64,000 bases of DNA from Thermoanaerobaculia bacterium (GTDB taxonomy: Bacteria > Acidobacteriota > Thermoanaerobaculia > Multivoradales > JAHEKO01). Location: the NCBI GenBank assembly GCA_041567315.1, contig JBFGCA010000002.1:8055-72054 (forward strand). The letters are read 5' to 3'. The notes under the pieces were generated by a model, which did no database searches, had not been told where the DNA came from, and saw nothing but the letters and a program-made list of their open reading frames with translations. A program made the translations under genes and the position numbers. Positions 17,616-26,300 of the stretch are shown here, in pieces (position 1 is the first letter of the stretch; the number at the start of each line of letters is the position of its first letter).

Positions 17616-18488
17616 ATGCCCGCCGGCCTGGTGCGCTCGCTGCGGCCCCATCAGTGGGCCAAGAACCTGTTCGTGCTGGCACCGCTGGTCTTCGGCCGCC
17701 AGCTCGACGACGCCGGTGCCCTGACCCGGGCGGCGCTGGCCTTCGCCGCCTTCTGCGCCGCCTCCAGCGCCGTCTATCTGTTCAACGACATCCGCGATCG
17801 CGAGGAGGACCGGCGCCATCCCCACACGCGCCAGCGGCCGCTGGCCGCCGGCACGCTGAGCGTCGGCGTCGCGGCCGCCGCCATCGCCCTGCTGGTAGCC
17901 CTGGCCGCGGCCGGCGGCGCCGCGCTGGGACCGCTCTTCGCGCTGCTGCTGGGCAGCTATCTGCTGCTCAACCTGCTCTACACGCTGGGCCTCAAGCAGG
18001 TGGTGATCCTCGACGTCATGGTGATCAGCATGGGCTTCGTGCTGCGGGTAGTGGCGGGCGCCGTCGCCGCCGAGGTGGCGGTGTCGGCCTGGCTGGTGCT
18101 GTGCACTACGTTTCTGGCGCTGTTTCTGGCCTTCTCCAAGCGCCGCCACGAGCTGCAGGTCATGGCCGACGAAGCGGCCGAAGGCCGGCGGGTCTTGAGC
18201 CACTACAGTCAGTCGTTCCTGGACCAGATGATCAACGTGGTCACCGCCTCCACGGTGGTCAGCTACGCGGTCTACGCCATCTCCCCGGAAACGGTCGAGA
18301 AGTTCCACACCCGCAACCTGATCTACACCATGCCGCTGGTGCTGTTCGGCATCTTCCGCTATCTCTACCTGATCTACCAGCGACCCGCCGAGCGCAACCC
18401 CACCGAGGCGATCCTGCGCGACCTGCCCTTCCTCGCCAACCTCGGGCTGTGGGTGCTGGCGGTGCTGTGGATCGTCTACCGCGGATAG
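17616..18488 (+). CDS. UbiA-family prenyltransferase, decaprenyl-phosphate 5-phosphoribosyltransferase (Rv3806c/DPPR synthase)-like
   Basis: HQWAKNLFVLAPLVFG and YLFNDIRDREEDRRHPHTRQRPLAAG match the hallmark NDxxDxxxD region and N-terminus of Rv3806c-type DPPR synthases. 8-9 TM helices. ATG at 17616. Confidence 0.78.
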   Translation: MPAGLVRSLRPHQWAKNLFVLAPLVFGRQLDDAGALTRAALAFAAFCAASSAVYLFNDIRDREEDRRHPHTRQRPLAAGTLSVGVAAAAIALLVALAAAGGAALGPLFALLLGSYLLLNLLYTLGLKQVVILDVMVISMGFVLRVVAGAVAAEVAVSAWLVLCTTFLALFLAFSKRRHELQVMADEAAEGRRVLSHYSQSFLDQMINVVTASTVVSYAVYAISPETVEKFHTRNLIYTMPLVLFGIFRYLYLIYQRPAERNPTEAILRDLPFLANLGLWVLAVLWIVYRG

Positions 18489-18496
18489 CGGCGCCC

Positions 18497-19573
18497 GTGG
18501 CGGAAGAGTCGGCGGCCGGCGAGCGGGGACCCTGGCGGCGGCTGCCGGCGTGGCTCACCCGCCCGCCGGCGCCGGGCCGGGTGCGGCCGGGTCTCTACGC
18601 CTTCGAGATCGTCGCCTGGCTGGCGCTGGCGGCGGCGGTCGTCTTCCTGCGCTGGCAGGGGCTCAACGTCGACTGGGTCACCGTCGACTACACCATCCCG
18701 CCGCTGATCGCGCCGACGCTCAAGGCGCTGGCCAGCGGCGTGGTGCTGTACGCCGTCTACCACCTGCTGCGGCGGCGGCCGCCCGGCGACTACCTGCGGC
18801 AGGTCTTCTCGCTCCCGTGGCTGCTGCTCGGCGCGCGGCTGTGGCTGACCTGTCTGGTCTTCACCTACGCCTACTTCTGGCTCAAGGTCTCGGTGCCGCT
18901 GGTCAACTGGCGGCTCTGGGACCGCGAGCTGTGGCGGCTCGACGTGCTGCTCCACGCCGGCTTCTCGCCGACCGTCTTCCTGGTCGAGCTGCTGGCCGGC
19001 ACCGGGCTGCTGCCGCTGCTCGAGCTCTGGTACAGCTGGTGGCTGCCGTCGACGATGTTCGGGCTGGCCTTCTTCTGCGCCTACCCCGACGCCCGCACCC
19101 GGCGCCGCTTCATGTTGAGCACCGTGCTGCTGTGGACGCTGGGCGCCTGGCTCTACGTGGCGCTGCCGGCGCTGGGGCCGGCCTACGTCTACCCCGAGGA
19201 GTTCGCCGAGGTGCGTGAGGAGATGCCGCGCGCCGCCGGCGCCCAGTCGATGCTGATGGACAACTACCAGAAGGTGCTGGCCGGCCGCACCGGCCCGCTC
19301 AAGCGTTTCAACCCCACTCGCGGGATCGCCGCCCTGCCGAGCCTCCACGTCGGCGGGCACTGGCTGCTGCTGCTGTGGGTGCGGCGGCGGGCGCGGCCGC
19401 TCTACCTGCCGGCCGCGCTCGGCACCGCCCTGACCTTCGTCGGCTCGATCGTCACCGGCTGGCACTACGCGGTCGACGGCTACGCCGGCATCATCGTTGC
19501 ACTGGCCGCCTACTGGACGGCGCTTGCCGTCGACCGCCGGCTGGGCGGCGAGGCCGACGCAGTCGAAGACTAA
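18497..19573 (+). CDS. PAP2-superfamily membrane phosphatase (Rv3807c-like polyprenyl-phospho-sugar phosphatase candidate)
   Basis: GTG start at 18497, 9 nt after the UbiA stop. PAP2 motifs PSLHVGGHW and GWHYAVDGYAG. Multiple TM helices. Confidence 0.62.
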   Translation: MAEESAAGERGPWRRLPAWLTRPPAPGRVRPGLYAFEIVAWLALAAAVVFLRWQGLNVDWVTVDYTIPPLIAPTLKALASGVVLYAVYHLLRRRPPGDYLRQVFSLPWLLLGARLWLTCLVFTYAYFWLKVSVPLVNWRLWDRELWRLDVLLHAGFSPTVFLVELLAGTGLLPLLELWYSWWLPSTMFGLAFFCAYPDARTRRRFMLSTVLLWTLGAWLYVALPALGPAYVYPEEFAEVREEMPRAAGAQSMLMDNYQKVLAGRTGPLKRFNPTRGIAALPSLHVGGHWLLLLWVRRRARPLYLPAALGTALTFVGSIVTGWHYAVDGYAGIIVALAAYWTALAVDRRLGGEADAVED

Positions 19574-19574
19574 G

Positions 19575-21137
19575 ATGAGAGGCCATCCGATGCTCACCGC
19601 GCTGCGCTTCTACGCCGTCGTCGCCACCACCGGGGCGGTGATCATGGCGCTCGAGATCATCTCCAGCCGGGTGCTGGCGCCCAGCTTCGGCAACAGCGTC
19701 TACGTCTGGGGCTCGATCATCAGCGTCTTCCTGGCGGCGCTGTCGGTGGGCTACTACCTGGGCGGCCGGCTGGCCGACCGGCAGCCGCGGCTGGCCAACC
19801 TGGGGCGGTTGATCCTCGCCGGCGCGGTCTGCGAGGTGGTGCTGCTGTTCGCCGGCACCCGTCTGGCCGAGGTTTTCGGCGGCTGGACCGGCAGCTCGCC
19901 GGGCGGCACCCTGCTGGCGGCCACCGTGCTGTTCGGGCCGCCGAGCCTCTTCCTGGCCACCGTCTCGCCCTTCGCGGTGCGGCTGGCGGCGCGCGACCTC
20001 GCCCATCTCGGCAACACCGCCGGGCGGCTGTTCGCGCTCTCCACCGCCGGCAGCCTGGTGGGAACCCTGGGCTGCACCTTCCTGCTCATCCCCTACCTTC
20101 GCCTCCAGCAGACGCTGGGGCTGCTGCTGCTGGCCACGGTGCTGACCGGCTGCCTGGCGGTGGCCGGCGAGTGGCGCCGCGAGCTGGCGGCGCTCGGCCT
20201 GGCGGCGGCGCTGGCAGTGGCGGCGGTGACCGGGATGGTCTCGCGGCCGGCGCGGGCGGAGGGAGTGCTGTTCGTCAAGGTGACGCCCTACCAGACGCTC
20301 CACATCCGCGAGTCCGGCAGCCAGCGGTTCATGCTCGGCGACCGCACGCTCTACTCGGCGGTCGACATGGAGACCGGCGAGGCGACGCTGCCGGTGCTGC
20401 GCTACGCGCCGGCGGCGCTGCTGCTCAAGCAGGACATCGAGAGCCTCCTGGTCCTGGGAATGGGCGGTGGCAGCATCGGCAAGCACCTGCGGGCCGGGCT
20501 CGGCGAGATCGAGGTCGACTACGTGGACATCGATCCGGCGGTGGCCGAGCTGGCCGAGCGCTTCCTGGGCTTCGAGGCCGGCCCCGGCGAGCGGGTCCAC
20601 GTCGACGACGCCCGGCAGTTCCTGCGCCGCAGCCAGCGCCGGTGGGACTACATTTTCGGCGACGCCTACATCGGGCTGTCGGTGCCCTTCCACCTGACCA
20701 CCACCGAGTTCTTCGCCGAGGTCAAGCGCCGTCTCGAGCCCGGCGGCGTCTTCGGGCTCAACCTGGCGGGCGGGCTGGAGGACCCCTTCTCGCGGGCCAT
20801 CTTCCACACCGTCAGCGAGAGCTTCCTCACCACCTACGCCTTCGGCGTGCGCGGCGCCGCCAACGTGGTGCTGCTGGCCATCGACCAGAAGCTGACCCTG
20901 CCCAAGCAGCAGATGCTCCAGCGCGGCCAGGAGCTCGACCGGCGGTGGCGCTTCGACCCGACGCTGACCTTGATCGCCTCGAGCCGCCTCGACGTCACCC
21001 TCGACCCGGCCGAGGCGGTGCTGCTGACCGACGCCTTCGCCCCCGCCAGCCACCTCATCATGCTCGGCGCGGGCAGCGGGGAGCGCACCCTCGAGGAGCT
21101 GCTGGGCACCAGCGGCGCGCTCCCGGGAGGCGGCTGA
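19575..21137 (+). CDS. membrane-fused spermidine synthase-like aminopropyltransferase
   Basis: N-terminal about 230 aa with 7 TM helices fused to a SpeE-like SAM-dependent domain (LVLGMGGGSIGKHL, DYVDIDPAVAELAERFLGF, FGDAY). Start at ATG 19575, or ATG 19590 with an AGAGG RBS. Confidence 0.72.
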   Translation: MRGHPMLTALRFYAVVATTGAVIMALEIISSRVLAPSFGNSVYVWGSIISVFLAALSVGYYLGGRLADRQPRLANLGRLILAGAVCEVVLLFAGTRLAEVFGGWTGSSPGGTLLAATVLFGPPSLFLATVSPFAVRLAARDLAHLGNTAGRLFALSTAGSLVGTLGCTFLLIPYLRLQQTLGLLLLATVLTGCLAVAGEWRRELAALGLAAALAVAAVTGMVSRPARAEGVLFVKVTPYQTLHIRESGSQRFMLGDRTLYSAVDMETGEATLPVLRYAPAALLLKQDIESLLVLGMGGGSIGKHLRAGLGEIEVDYVDIDPAVAELAERFLGFEAGPGERVHVDDARQFLRRSQRRWDYIFGDAYIGLSVPFHLTTTEFFAEVKRRLEPGGVFGLNLAGGLEDPFSRAIFHTVSESFLTTYAFGVRGAANVVLLAIDQKLTLPKQQMLQRGQELDRRWRFDPTLTLIASSRLDVTLDPAEAVLLTDAFAPASHLIMLGAGSGERTLEELLGTSGALPGGG

Positions 21138-21153
21138 GCCGAGGGAGGACCCC

Positions 21154-22335
21154 ATGCCGACCACGACCCGCGTCGCGCTCGCCCTGTTCGCCACCCTGAC
21201 CTGGACGTCGTCGCTGGCCGCCCGGACCGCGGAGGTCGCGGTCGAGCAGCCGGCCACGACTAGTGCCGGTGACACCAGCGCTGCCGAGACCGCGGCGGCC
21301 CCGCAGGAGCCGCCGCCCGGCGCCCGCTTCGAGGAGCGGGTGGAGGTCCGAGAGGTCCTGCTCGACGTCCTGGTCACCGACCGCCAGGGGCAGATCGTCG
21401 CCGGCCTCGACAAAGACGCCTTCGTGGTCGAGGAGGACGGCGAGGAGCGGGAGCTCACCGGGGCCCGGTTCTACAGCACCCGCTACGGCGAGCTGGGGAC
21501 CCCCGGCGCCGAGGAGGTGCCCGCCAGCCGCTACTTCATCTTCGTGTTCCACGACCAGCGGCTGGGGGTGACCTTCGCCGGCCGCATGGTCCGCCAGCAG
21601 CTCGACGCCGCCCGCCAGAGCCGCGCCTGGCTCGAAGACGGCATGCGGCCCTCGGACTGGGTGGCGGTGGCCAGCTACGACGTCAAGCTCAAGGTCCATC
21701 AGGACTTCACCCAGGACCGCGAGGCACTGGCGCGGGCCATGGACGACGCCGCGCGGAGCGTCCGGCCCGAGCCGCGGCGGCGCCGCGACCGCGAGGCGAT
21801 CCCGGTGGAGCTGCCCTCGCTGCTCCGCCATCTGCCCGACGATTTCGCGCTCCGCAAGCGGACGCCGCGGATGTACGAGGCCCTCCAGCTGCTGGCCGAG
21901 GCCAGCGGTCACATCGTGGGGCGCAAGAACCTGCTGCTGTTCTCGATCGGCTTCGGCGAGATCGACCGCGTCTCCGGCACCGTGCTCCCCGACCGCCGCT
22001 TCTACCCGCCGCTCGAGCGCGCCCTCAACGACAACAACGTGGCGGTCTACCCCATCGATCTCACCCCGACCGGCATCCGGCACCTGCAGAGCGACTTCCT
22101 CAACAAGCTGGCCTACGACACCGGCGGCGTCTACCACCGCAGCTTCGTGAGCTTCATCACCCCCCTGCGCGAGATCTCCGACGACACCAGCGGCTACTAC
22201 CTCCTCAGCTACCGCACCGAGCACCCGGCCGACGAAAGCGGCTTCCAGGAAGTCAAGGTCAAAGTGCAGCAGAAGGGGCTGCGGGTGCGGGCGCGCCGCG
22301 GCTACCTGTACGGGCCGGCGCCGGTGCGGCGCTGA
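21154..22335 (+). CDS. VWA domain protein (VWFA-related Acidobacterial domain family)
   Basis: Signal peptide MPTTTRVALALFATLTWTSSLAA. VWA-like fold (VLLDVLVTDRQGQ..., FIFVFHD, DWVAVASYDVKL) resembling the TIGR03436 architecture. Confidence 0.68.
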   Translation: MPTTTRVALALFATLTWTSSLAARTAEVAVEQPATTSAGDTSAAETAAAPQEPPPGARFEERVEVREVLLDVLVTDRQGQIVAGLDKDAFVVEEDGEERELTGARFYSTRYGELGTPGAEEVPASRYFIFVFHDQRLGVTFAGRMVRQQLDAARQSRAWLEDGMRPSDWVAVASYDVKLKVHQDFTQDREALARAMDDAARSVRPEPRRRRDREAIPVELPSLLRHLPDDFALRKRTPRMYEALQLLAEASGHIVGRKNLLLFSIGFGEIDRVSGTVLPDRRFYPPLERALNDNNVAVYPIDLTPTGIRHLQSDFLNKLAYDTGGVYHRSFVSFITPLREISDDTSGYYLLSYRTEHPADESGFQEVKVKVQQKGLRVRARRGYLYGPAPVRR

Positions 22336-22375
22336 CGGCGCTGAGGTCGGCGGTCCTTGCTGAAGGGTCGGTGGT

Positions 22376-22645
22376 GAGAGCCGACCGGGGCGGGGTGCGC
22401 CTGGGGACGCGGCGGGCCTGACGAACTCCAGAGGGGAGGCCCGCCGCTCCTTTCGCCTTCGCGCCAAACGGACCATAGCCTTCGGCGCTTGCCGCAAGCG
22501 CTCGTCTCAAGGCCACTGTCGAACCCCGCCCCGGCCGGCTCCTGCGCGGTCCGTGGCGACTGGCGCGCCAGGCAAGGGCGACCCCGCGGCCTCTCGACCC
22601 CAGGCGCGCACAGGGTGCGCAGCACTCTTACCTGATCTGCTTGCT
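22376..22645 (+). repeat. copy A of a ~280-350 bp dispersed non-coding repeat (second copy at 62141-62495)
   Basis: Shares with copy B a 5' module gagagccgRccggggcgggg..ggggacgcggcSggcctgacRgacttcagaggggaggccSgccgctcc and the block ccccRccccggccggctcctgcgcggtccgtg. Also shares a 3' cYcTctacctgatYctg module and a cgcaagcgc palindrome core. Confidence 0.8.
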
Positions 22646-22687
22646 CCTACTCCACGCTGCGGGCGGCCGGTGCATGCGACCAGGCTC

Positions 22688-24457
22688 TCATCGTCCGGTC
22701 AGCAGGCCGGTCACGAGGGCGGCTGAGAGGGCGGCGAGCATCCAAACGAGGCGGGCGCGTGGCGAGAGCGGGCGGGGGGCGATGGGGCCGAGGCGGCGGG
22801 CAAGGCCGGCGGCGAGGAGGGCGAGGAGGACGAGGGCGGCGGCGCCGAGGGCGGCGAGCCACCAGGCGTCGGGGGTGGCGAGGGCGCGCTGGAGGAGGAA
22901 GGAGTTCCTGGGCTCGAAGGAGAGGTAGGCGCGGGGGGGCCAGTGCGCCCAGTCCCAGGCCGCGGCCTGGAGGTAGCGGGCGCGGCCGTAGGTCTCGAGC
23001 AGCCGCAGGTGGAACTCGGTGAAGGGGACGAGGGTGCCGCTAACGGCGAGCAGGGCCGAGGCGGCGACGAGCGCGCGGCCGCCCCAGCGCCAGAGGGGCC
23101 GGGTGGGCGGCGTCTCGAAGAACGGGGCGCAGAGCAGGGCCAGGAGCGGCAGCGCCGGGACCAGGAAGCGCGGGCCCCAGCACCAGCCGCCGTGCCAGTC
23201 GCCCCAGCGGGCGTAGAGCAGGAGCAGGGCGGCCAGCGACCCCCAGGCGAGGAGGGTCGACGGCGGGTGCCGACGCCAGCCGGCGCGGGTGCAGGCGGCG
23301 GCCAGGAGCACGGTCGGGAAGTAGAGCAGCAGACCGCGGCCGGGGCTCGCCAGCAGACCGGCCAGGCCCTCGGTGAGCGGGCTGAACCAGCGGTCCATCT
23401 CGGCCTCGTAGCCGGTCCGCCAGGGACGGCCGAAGCGCGCCCAGTTGGACCAGCCGACCACCGCCAGCATGGCGAGCACCCCGGCGGCGAAGGCCAGGAT
23501 CGGCGGCAGCCCACGGCGCCCCGGCCACCGGCGGGCGACCGACCACAGGAGCACCGCGCCGCCGACCGGCAACAGGACGCCGTGCGCGATCTTGGCCAGG
23601 ACCGCGAGCCCCAGGGCGAGACCGGCCAGGAAGGCCGCCCACCGTGCAGGGCGGGAGACCGCACCCGGCGGGACATCCCCGGGCTGCGGCGCTACGGACT
23701 GCGGCGCGCCGGGCTGGGACGCGACCGGCTGGGTCCGGGCGGAGACGGCCTCGGCAGCGGCCTTCTCGCCGGCCGGCGTCCCAGCTGGCGTGTCGGTAGA
23801 CGGCCTGTCGGTCGACGGGGGCCGCCCGGTGGGGTCCGAATGCGGCGGAGTCGCCACCGCCCGCGCGGCGGCGAGCGCGAAGCCGACCAGCGCCAGGGCG
23901 GCCAGGGGCTCGGCGAAAAAGGTGCGGCCGTAGACCAGGAGCGGCGAGCCAAGCGTCGCCAGCAGCGCCACCGCGGCGGCGGTGCGGCGGCGGTACCCGA
24001 GCTCGAGCGCCAGCAGGAAGAGCAGCGCGCCGGTGGCCGCCACCACTACCGAGTTGGTCAGCGAGAGCGCGAAGAAGCCCCAGGCGTCGGCAGGCCGGTG
24101 CGGGTCGTACCACAGGAACTCCATGCCTTCGAAGACGGCCGTCGAGCGGGCCGGCGCCAGCGCCGCCAGCGCGCGGCCCAGCCACCAGAAGGGCACGCCG
24201 GCCAGCGACTGGCCGACGCCGTATTTGGCGTAGAGCCGGCCGTCGGGGCCGGGGAAGACGAAGCCCGGCGGCAGCCGCGGCTCGTCGACCCAGAGGCCGC
24301 CGTGCTCGGCCAGGGTCTGGGTCACCCGGCCCATCACCACCCCGTCGGGGCTGTGGACGAAGCCGCTGCCGGCGAGCGCCAGCGCCAGGGCGATGAGGGC
24401 GAAGAGCCAGACGGCGGGGCGGCCGCGCGCGGCGAGCGGTGGTCCGGAGGCGCTCAC
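22688..24457 (-). CDS. ArnT/PMT-like GT-C glycosyltransferase (GT39/GT83-like, polyprenyl-phosphate-sugar dependent)
   Basis: 589 aa with at least 11 TM helices. N-terminal loop VVMGRVTQTLAEHGGLWVDEP...YAKYGVGQSLAGVPFWWLG and ...GRTFFAEPLAALAL resemble ArnT/PMT_2 families. Start ATG 24457 overlaps the stop of the upstream GT-C (ATGA). Confidence 0.65.
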   Translation of the reverse strand: MSASGPPLAARGRPAVWLFALIALALALAGSGFVHSPDGVVMGRVTQTLAEHGGLWVDEPRLPPGFVFPGPDGRLYAKYGVGQSLAGVPFWWLGRALAALAPARSTAVFEGMEFLWYDPHRPADAWGFFALSLTNSVVVAATGALLFLLALELGYRRRTAAAVALLATLGSPLLVYGRTFFAEPLAALALVGFALAAARAVATPPHSDPTGRPPSTDRPSTDTPAGTPAGEKAAAEAVSARTQPVASQPGAPQSVAPQPGDVPPGAVSRPARWAAFLAGLALGLAVLAKIAHGVLLPVGGAVLLWSVARRWPGRRGLPPILAFAAGVLAMLAVVGWSNWARFGRPWRTGYEAEMDRWFSPLTEGLAGLLASPGRGLLLYFPTVLLAAACTRAGWRRHPPSTLLAWGSLAALLLLYARWGDWHGGWCWGPRFLVPALPLLALLCAPFFETPPTRPLWRWGGRALVAASALLAVSGTLVPFTEFHLRLLETYGRARYLQAAAWDWAHWPPRAYLSFEPRNSFLLQRALATPDAWWLAALGAAALVLLALLAAGLARRLGPIAPRPLSPRARLVWMLAALSAALVTGLLTGR

Positions 24458-26199
24458 CGCGGTAACGGTGGTCGCGGGACCTCGCCGCCCGGTCCCCCAG
24501 CTCCAGCCGTGCTGCCCCCGTCGCTGCCCGGCGCCGCCTCCGGGTCGGCCTCAGGGCCGGCCCCCATGCCGGCCTCCGGGTCCGCTGCTGGACCGGCCCC
24601 CGGGCCGGCCTCCGCCTCGACCCGGGCCAGCGGATGGCGGGTCCAGGGCGTGGCGAAGAGCACCAGCTCGTCGGCGCCCATGGTGACGTTGCGCGGGATC
24701 CGGAGCCCGTAGATTGGCCGGAAGCCGGTTCCCGGGCCGGTCAGCTCCGGGAACCACTCCGGGAAGATCACCAGGTAGTCGGGACGGCGTTCTTCGAGGA
24801 AACGGCGGACCCCGTCCTGCCAGGGGGCGCCGGCGGCGCGGGCGGCCCGGATGTAGCGCGGCACCTGCGGATCAACGATGCCGGCCAGGTCGAGCAGCCG
24901 GTTGGGCAGCAGGTACTGCAGGGCGCCGATGTCGTTGACCGCCAGGACCGCCTCCGGCGCCAGCCGCGGCGCCAGCCAGCGGGCCATGGCGACGTCGCTG
25001 TCGCGGACGTTGGCGACATTCTGAACATACCGCCCGGAGCCCTGCGCGAGGTGGACTATTGTCGGCAGCAGCACCAGGACGGCGGCGGCCGGCCGCCAGG
25101 CGAGCCGGCGGCGGCCGAGCCGCAGCCACGGCCCCACCGACTCCACCGCCCGCCCCGTCCCCAGCACGCCGAGCACCGCCACCACCGGCAGCAGGGGGAA
25201 GAAGTAGCGGCCGAAGTTGCCGGCCAGCAGGGCGCCGCCGGGTGGGTTGATCAACCCGTAGGCCAGCGGCAGGGCGGCCAGCCACAGCGCCGGCAGCAGC
25301 CCGGCGTCGCGGCGCCCGCCGAGGCGCTCGACGAGGGTGAGCGCCCCGGCGCCGGCCAGCAGCAGGGCCACCGGCTGCGGCCGGAAGAGGATCCCCAGCA
25401 CCGCGTAGAGGTAGCGGCCCTCGGGCAGCCAGCGGTGCACCCCCGAGGCCTTGGCCGCGAAGGTGGTCGGCAGCACCGAGCCGCTCACCGCCAGATGGAA
25501 GAGCGCCACCGGCAGCAGGACCACCGCCGCGCCCAGCAGCCCGGCGGCGAGCGCCCGGTCGGCCCGCAACCGCAGCGCCAGCCCGCCGGCGGGATGGCGC
25601 TCGAAGCGGAGTACCCGATCGGCCACCGCCAGCGCCAGCAGCAGCGCCCCTTCGGGGCGAGCCAGGGTGGCCAGGGCCAGCACCGGCAGCGCCAGCGGCG
25701 CCCGCCCCGGCCGGCGCCGCTCGCGCGCGTGGAGCCGCATCCCGACCAGGGTGAGGAGCACGAACAGCGGGATCTCGAGCCCCGACAGCGCGCCCCAGAC
25801 CAGCCAGCCGGTGGCCAGGGTCAGCCAGCCGGCGAGCCGGGCGAGGCCGCGCCCCGCCCCCAGCTCGGCGGCCAGGGCGCTGGCGGCGAGGCCGCCCCCG
25901 AGGTAGGCGACGGCGCCCAGCACCTTGACCCAGCCCACCGGGTTCCCCGGCAAAAGGAAGGCCAGAGCCAGCAGCGCGCTCCACAGCGGCGCCGTCGAGC
26001 CGGCTACCGGCTCGCCCCCCGGGGTGTAGGCGAGACCGCGGCCCGCCGCCAGGTTGCGCGCGAACTGGAGGTGGATCCAGCCGTCGTCCAAAGGGAAACC
26101 CGGGCCCTCGCCGAGGGCTCGCAGCTCGGCCGCCGTGTAGGCGGCGCAGGCGAGGACGCCGAACAGCAGCAGCACGAGCCGGGCCCGGCCCGGCGTCAT
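24454..26199 (-). CDS. ArnT/PMT-like GT-C glycosyltransferase, second paralog
   Basis: Start at ATG 26199 (MTPGRARLVLLLFGVLACAAYTAA). First periplasmic loop with acidic motif FPLDDGWIHLQFARNLAAGRGLAY typical of GT-C catalytic loops. At least 11 TM helices. Confidence 0.6.
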   Translation of the reverse strand: MTPGRARLVLLLFGVLACAAYTAAELRALGEGPGFPLDDGWIHLQFARNLAAGRGLAYTPGGEPVAGSTAPLWSALLALAFLLPGNPVGWVKVLGAVAYLGGGLAASALAAELGAGRGLARLAGWLTLATGWLVWGALSGLEIPLFVLLTLVGMRLHARERRRPGRAPLALPVLALATLARPEGALLLALAVADRVLRFERHPAGGLALRLRADRALAAGLLGAAVVLLPVALFHLAVSGSVLPTTFAAKASGVHRWLPEGRYLYAVLGILFRPQPVALLLAGAGALTLVERLGGRRDAGLLPALWLAALPLAYGLINPPGGALLAGNFGRYFFPLLPVVAVLGVLGTGRAVESVGPWLRLGRRRLAWRPAAAVLVLLPTIVHLAQGSGRYVQNVANVRDSDVAMARWLAPRLAPEAVLAVNDIGALQYLLPNRLLDLAGIVDPQVPRYIRAARAAGAPWQDGVRRFLEERRPDYLVIFPEWFPELTGPGTGFRPIYGLRIPRNVTMGADELVLFATPWTRHPLARVEAEAGPGAGPAADPEAGMGAGPEADPEAAPGSDGGSTAGAGGPGGEVPRPPLPR

Positions 26200-26300
26200 T
26201 CTCCAGCCGCTCCGGCGGCGGCAGTGGCCATGGGCAGCACCGCCGCCAGGTTTCCACAGGTCCGGGAGCGCCACAAGGCCGCTGCTAACATCCCGCGCCC

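Noticed and set aside
15521-19573. 1350-aa ORF on the plus strand spanning the YfhO-like gene antisense region, UbiA and PAP2
   Set aside because: Only the last about 358 aa (PAP2, from GTG 18497) have protein-family signal. The rest is antisense to a well-supported membrane protein and is an open frame caused by 70% GC.
22376-22645. Identity of the repeat as RNase P RNA, SRP RNA, tmRNA or 6S RNA
   Set aside because: No match was found to the universally conserved blocks of those RNAs (for example GGAAAGTCCGGGCT, ACAGAACCCGGCTTA, the SRP GGAA tetraloop helix, the tmRNA GGGGCTGATTCTGGATTCGAC start). It remains an unclassified repeat.
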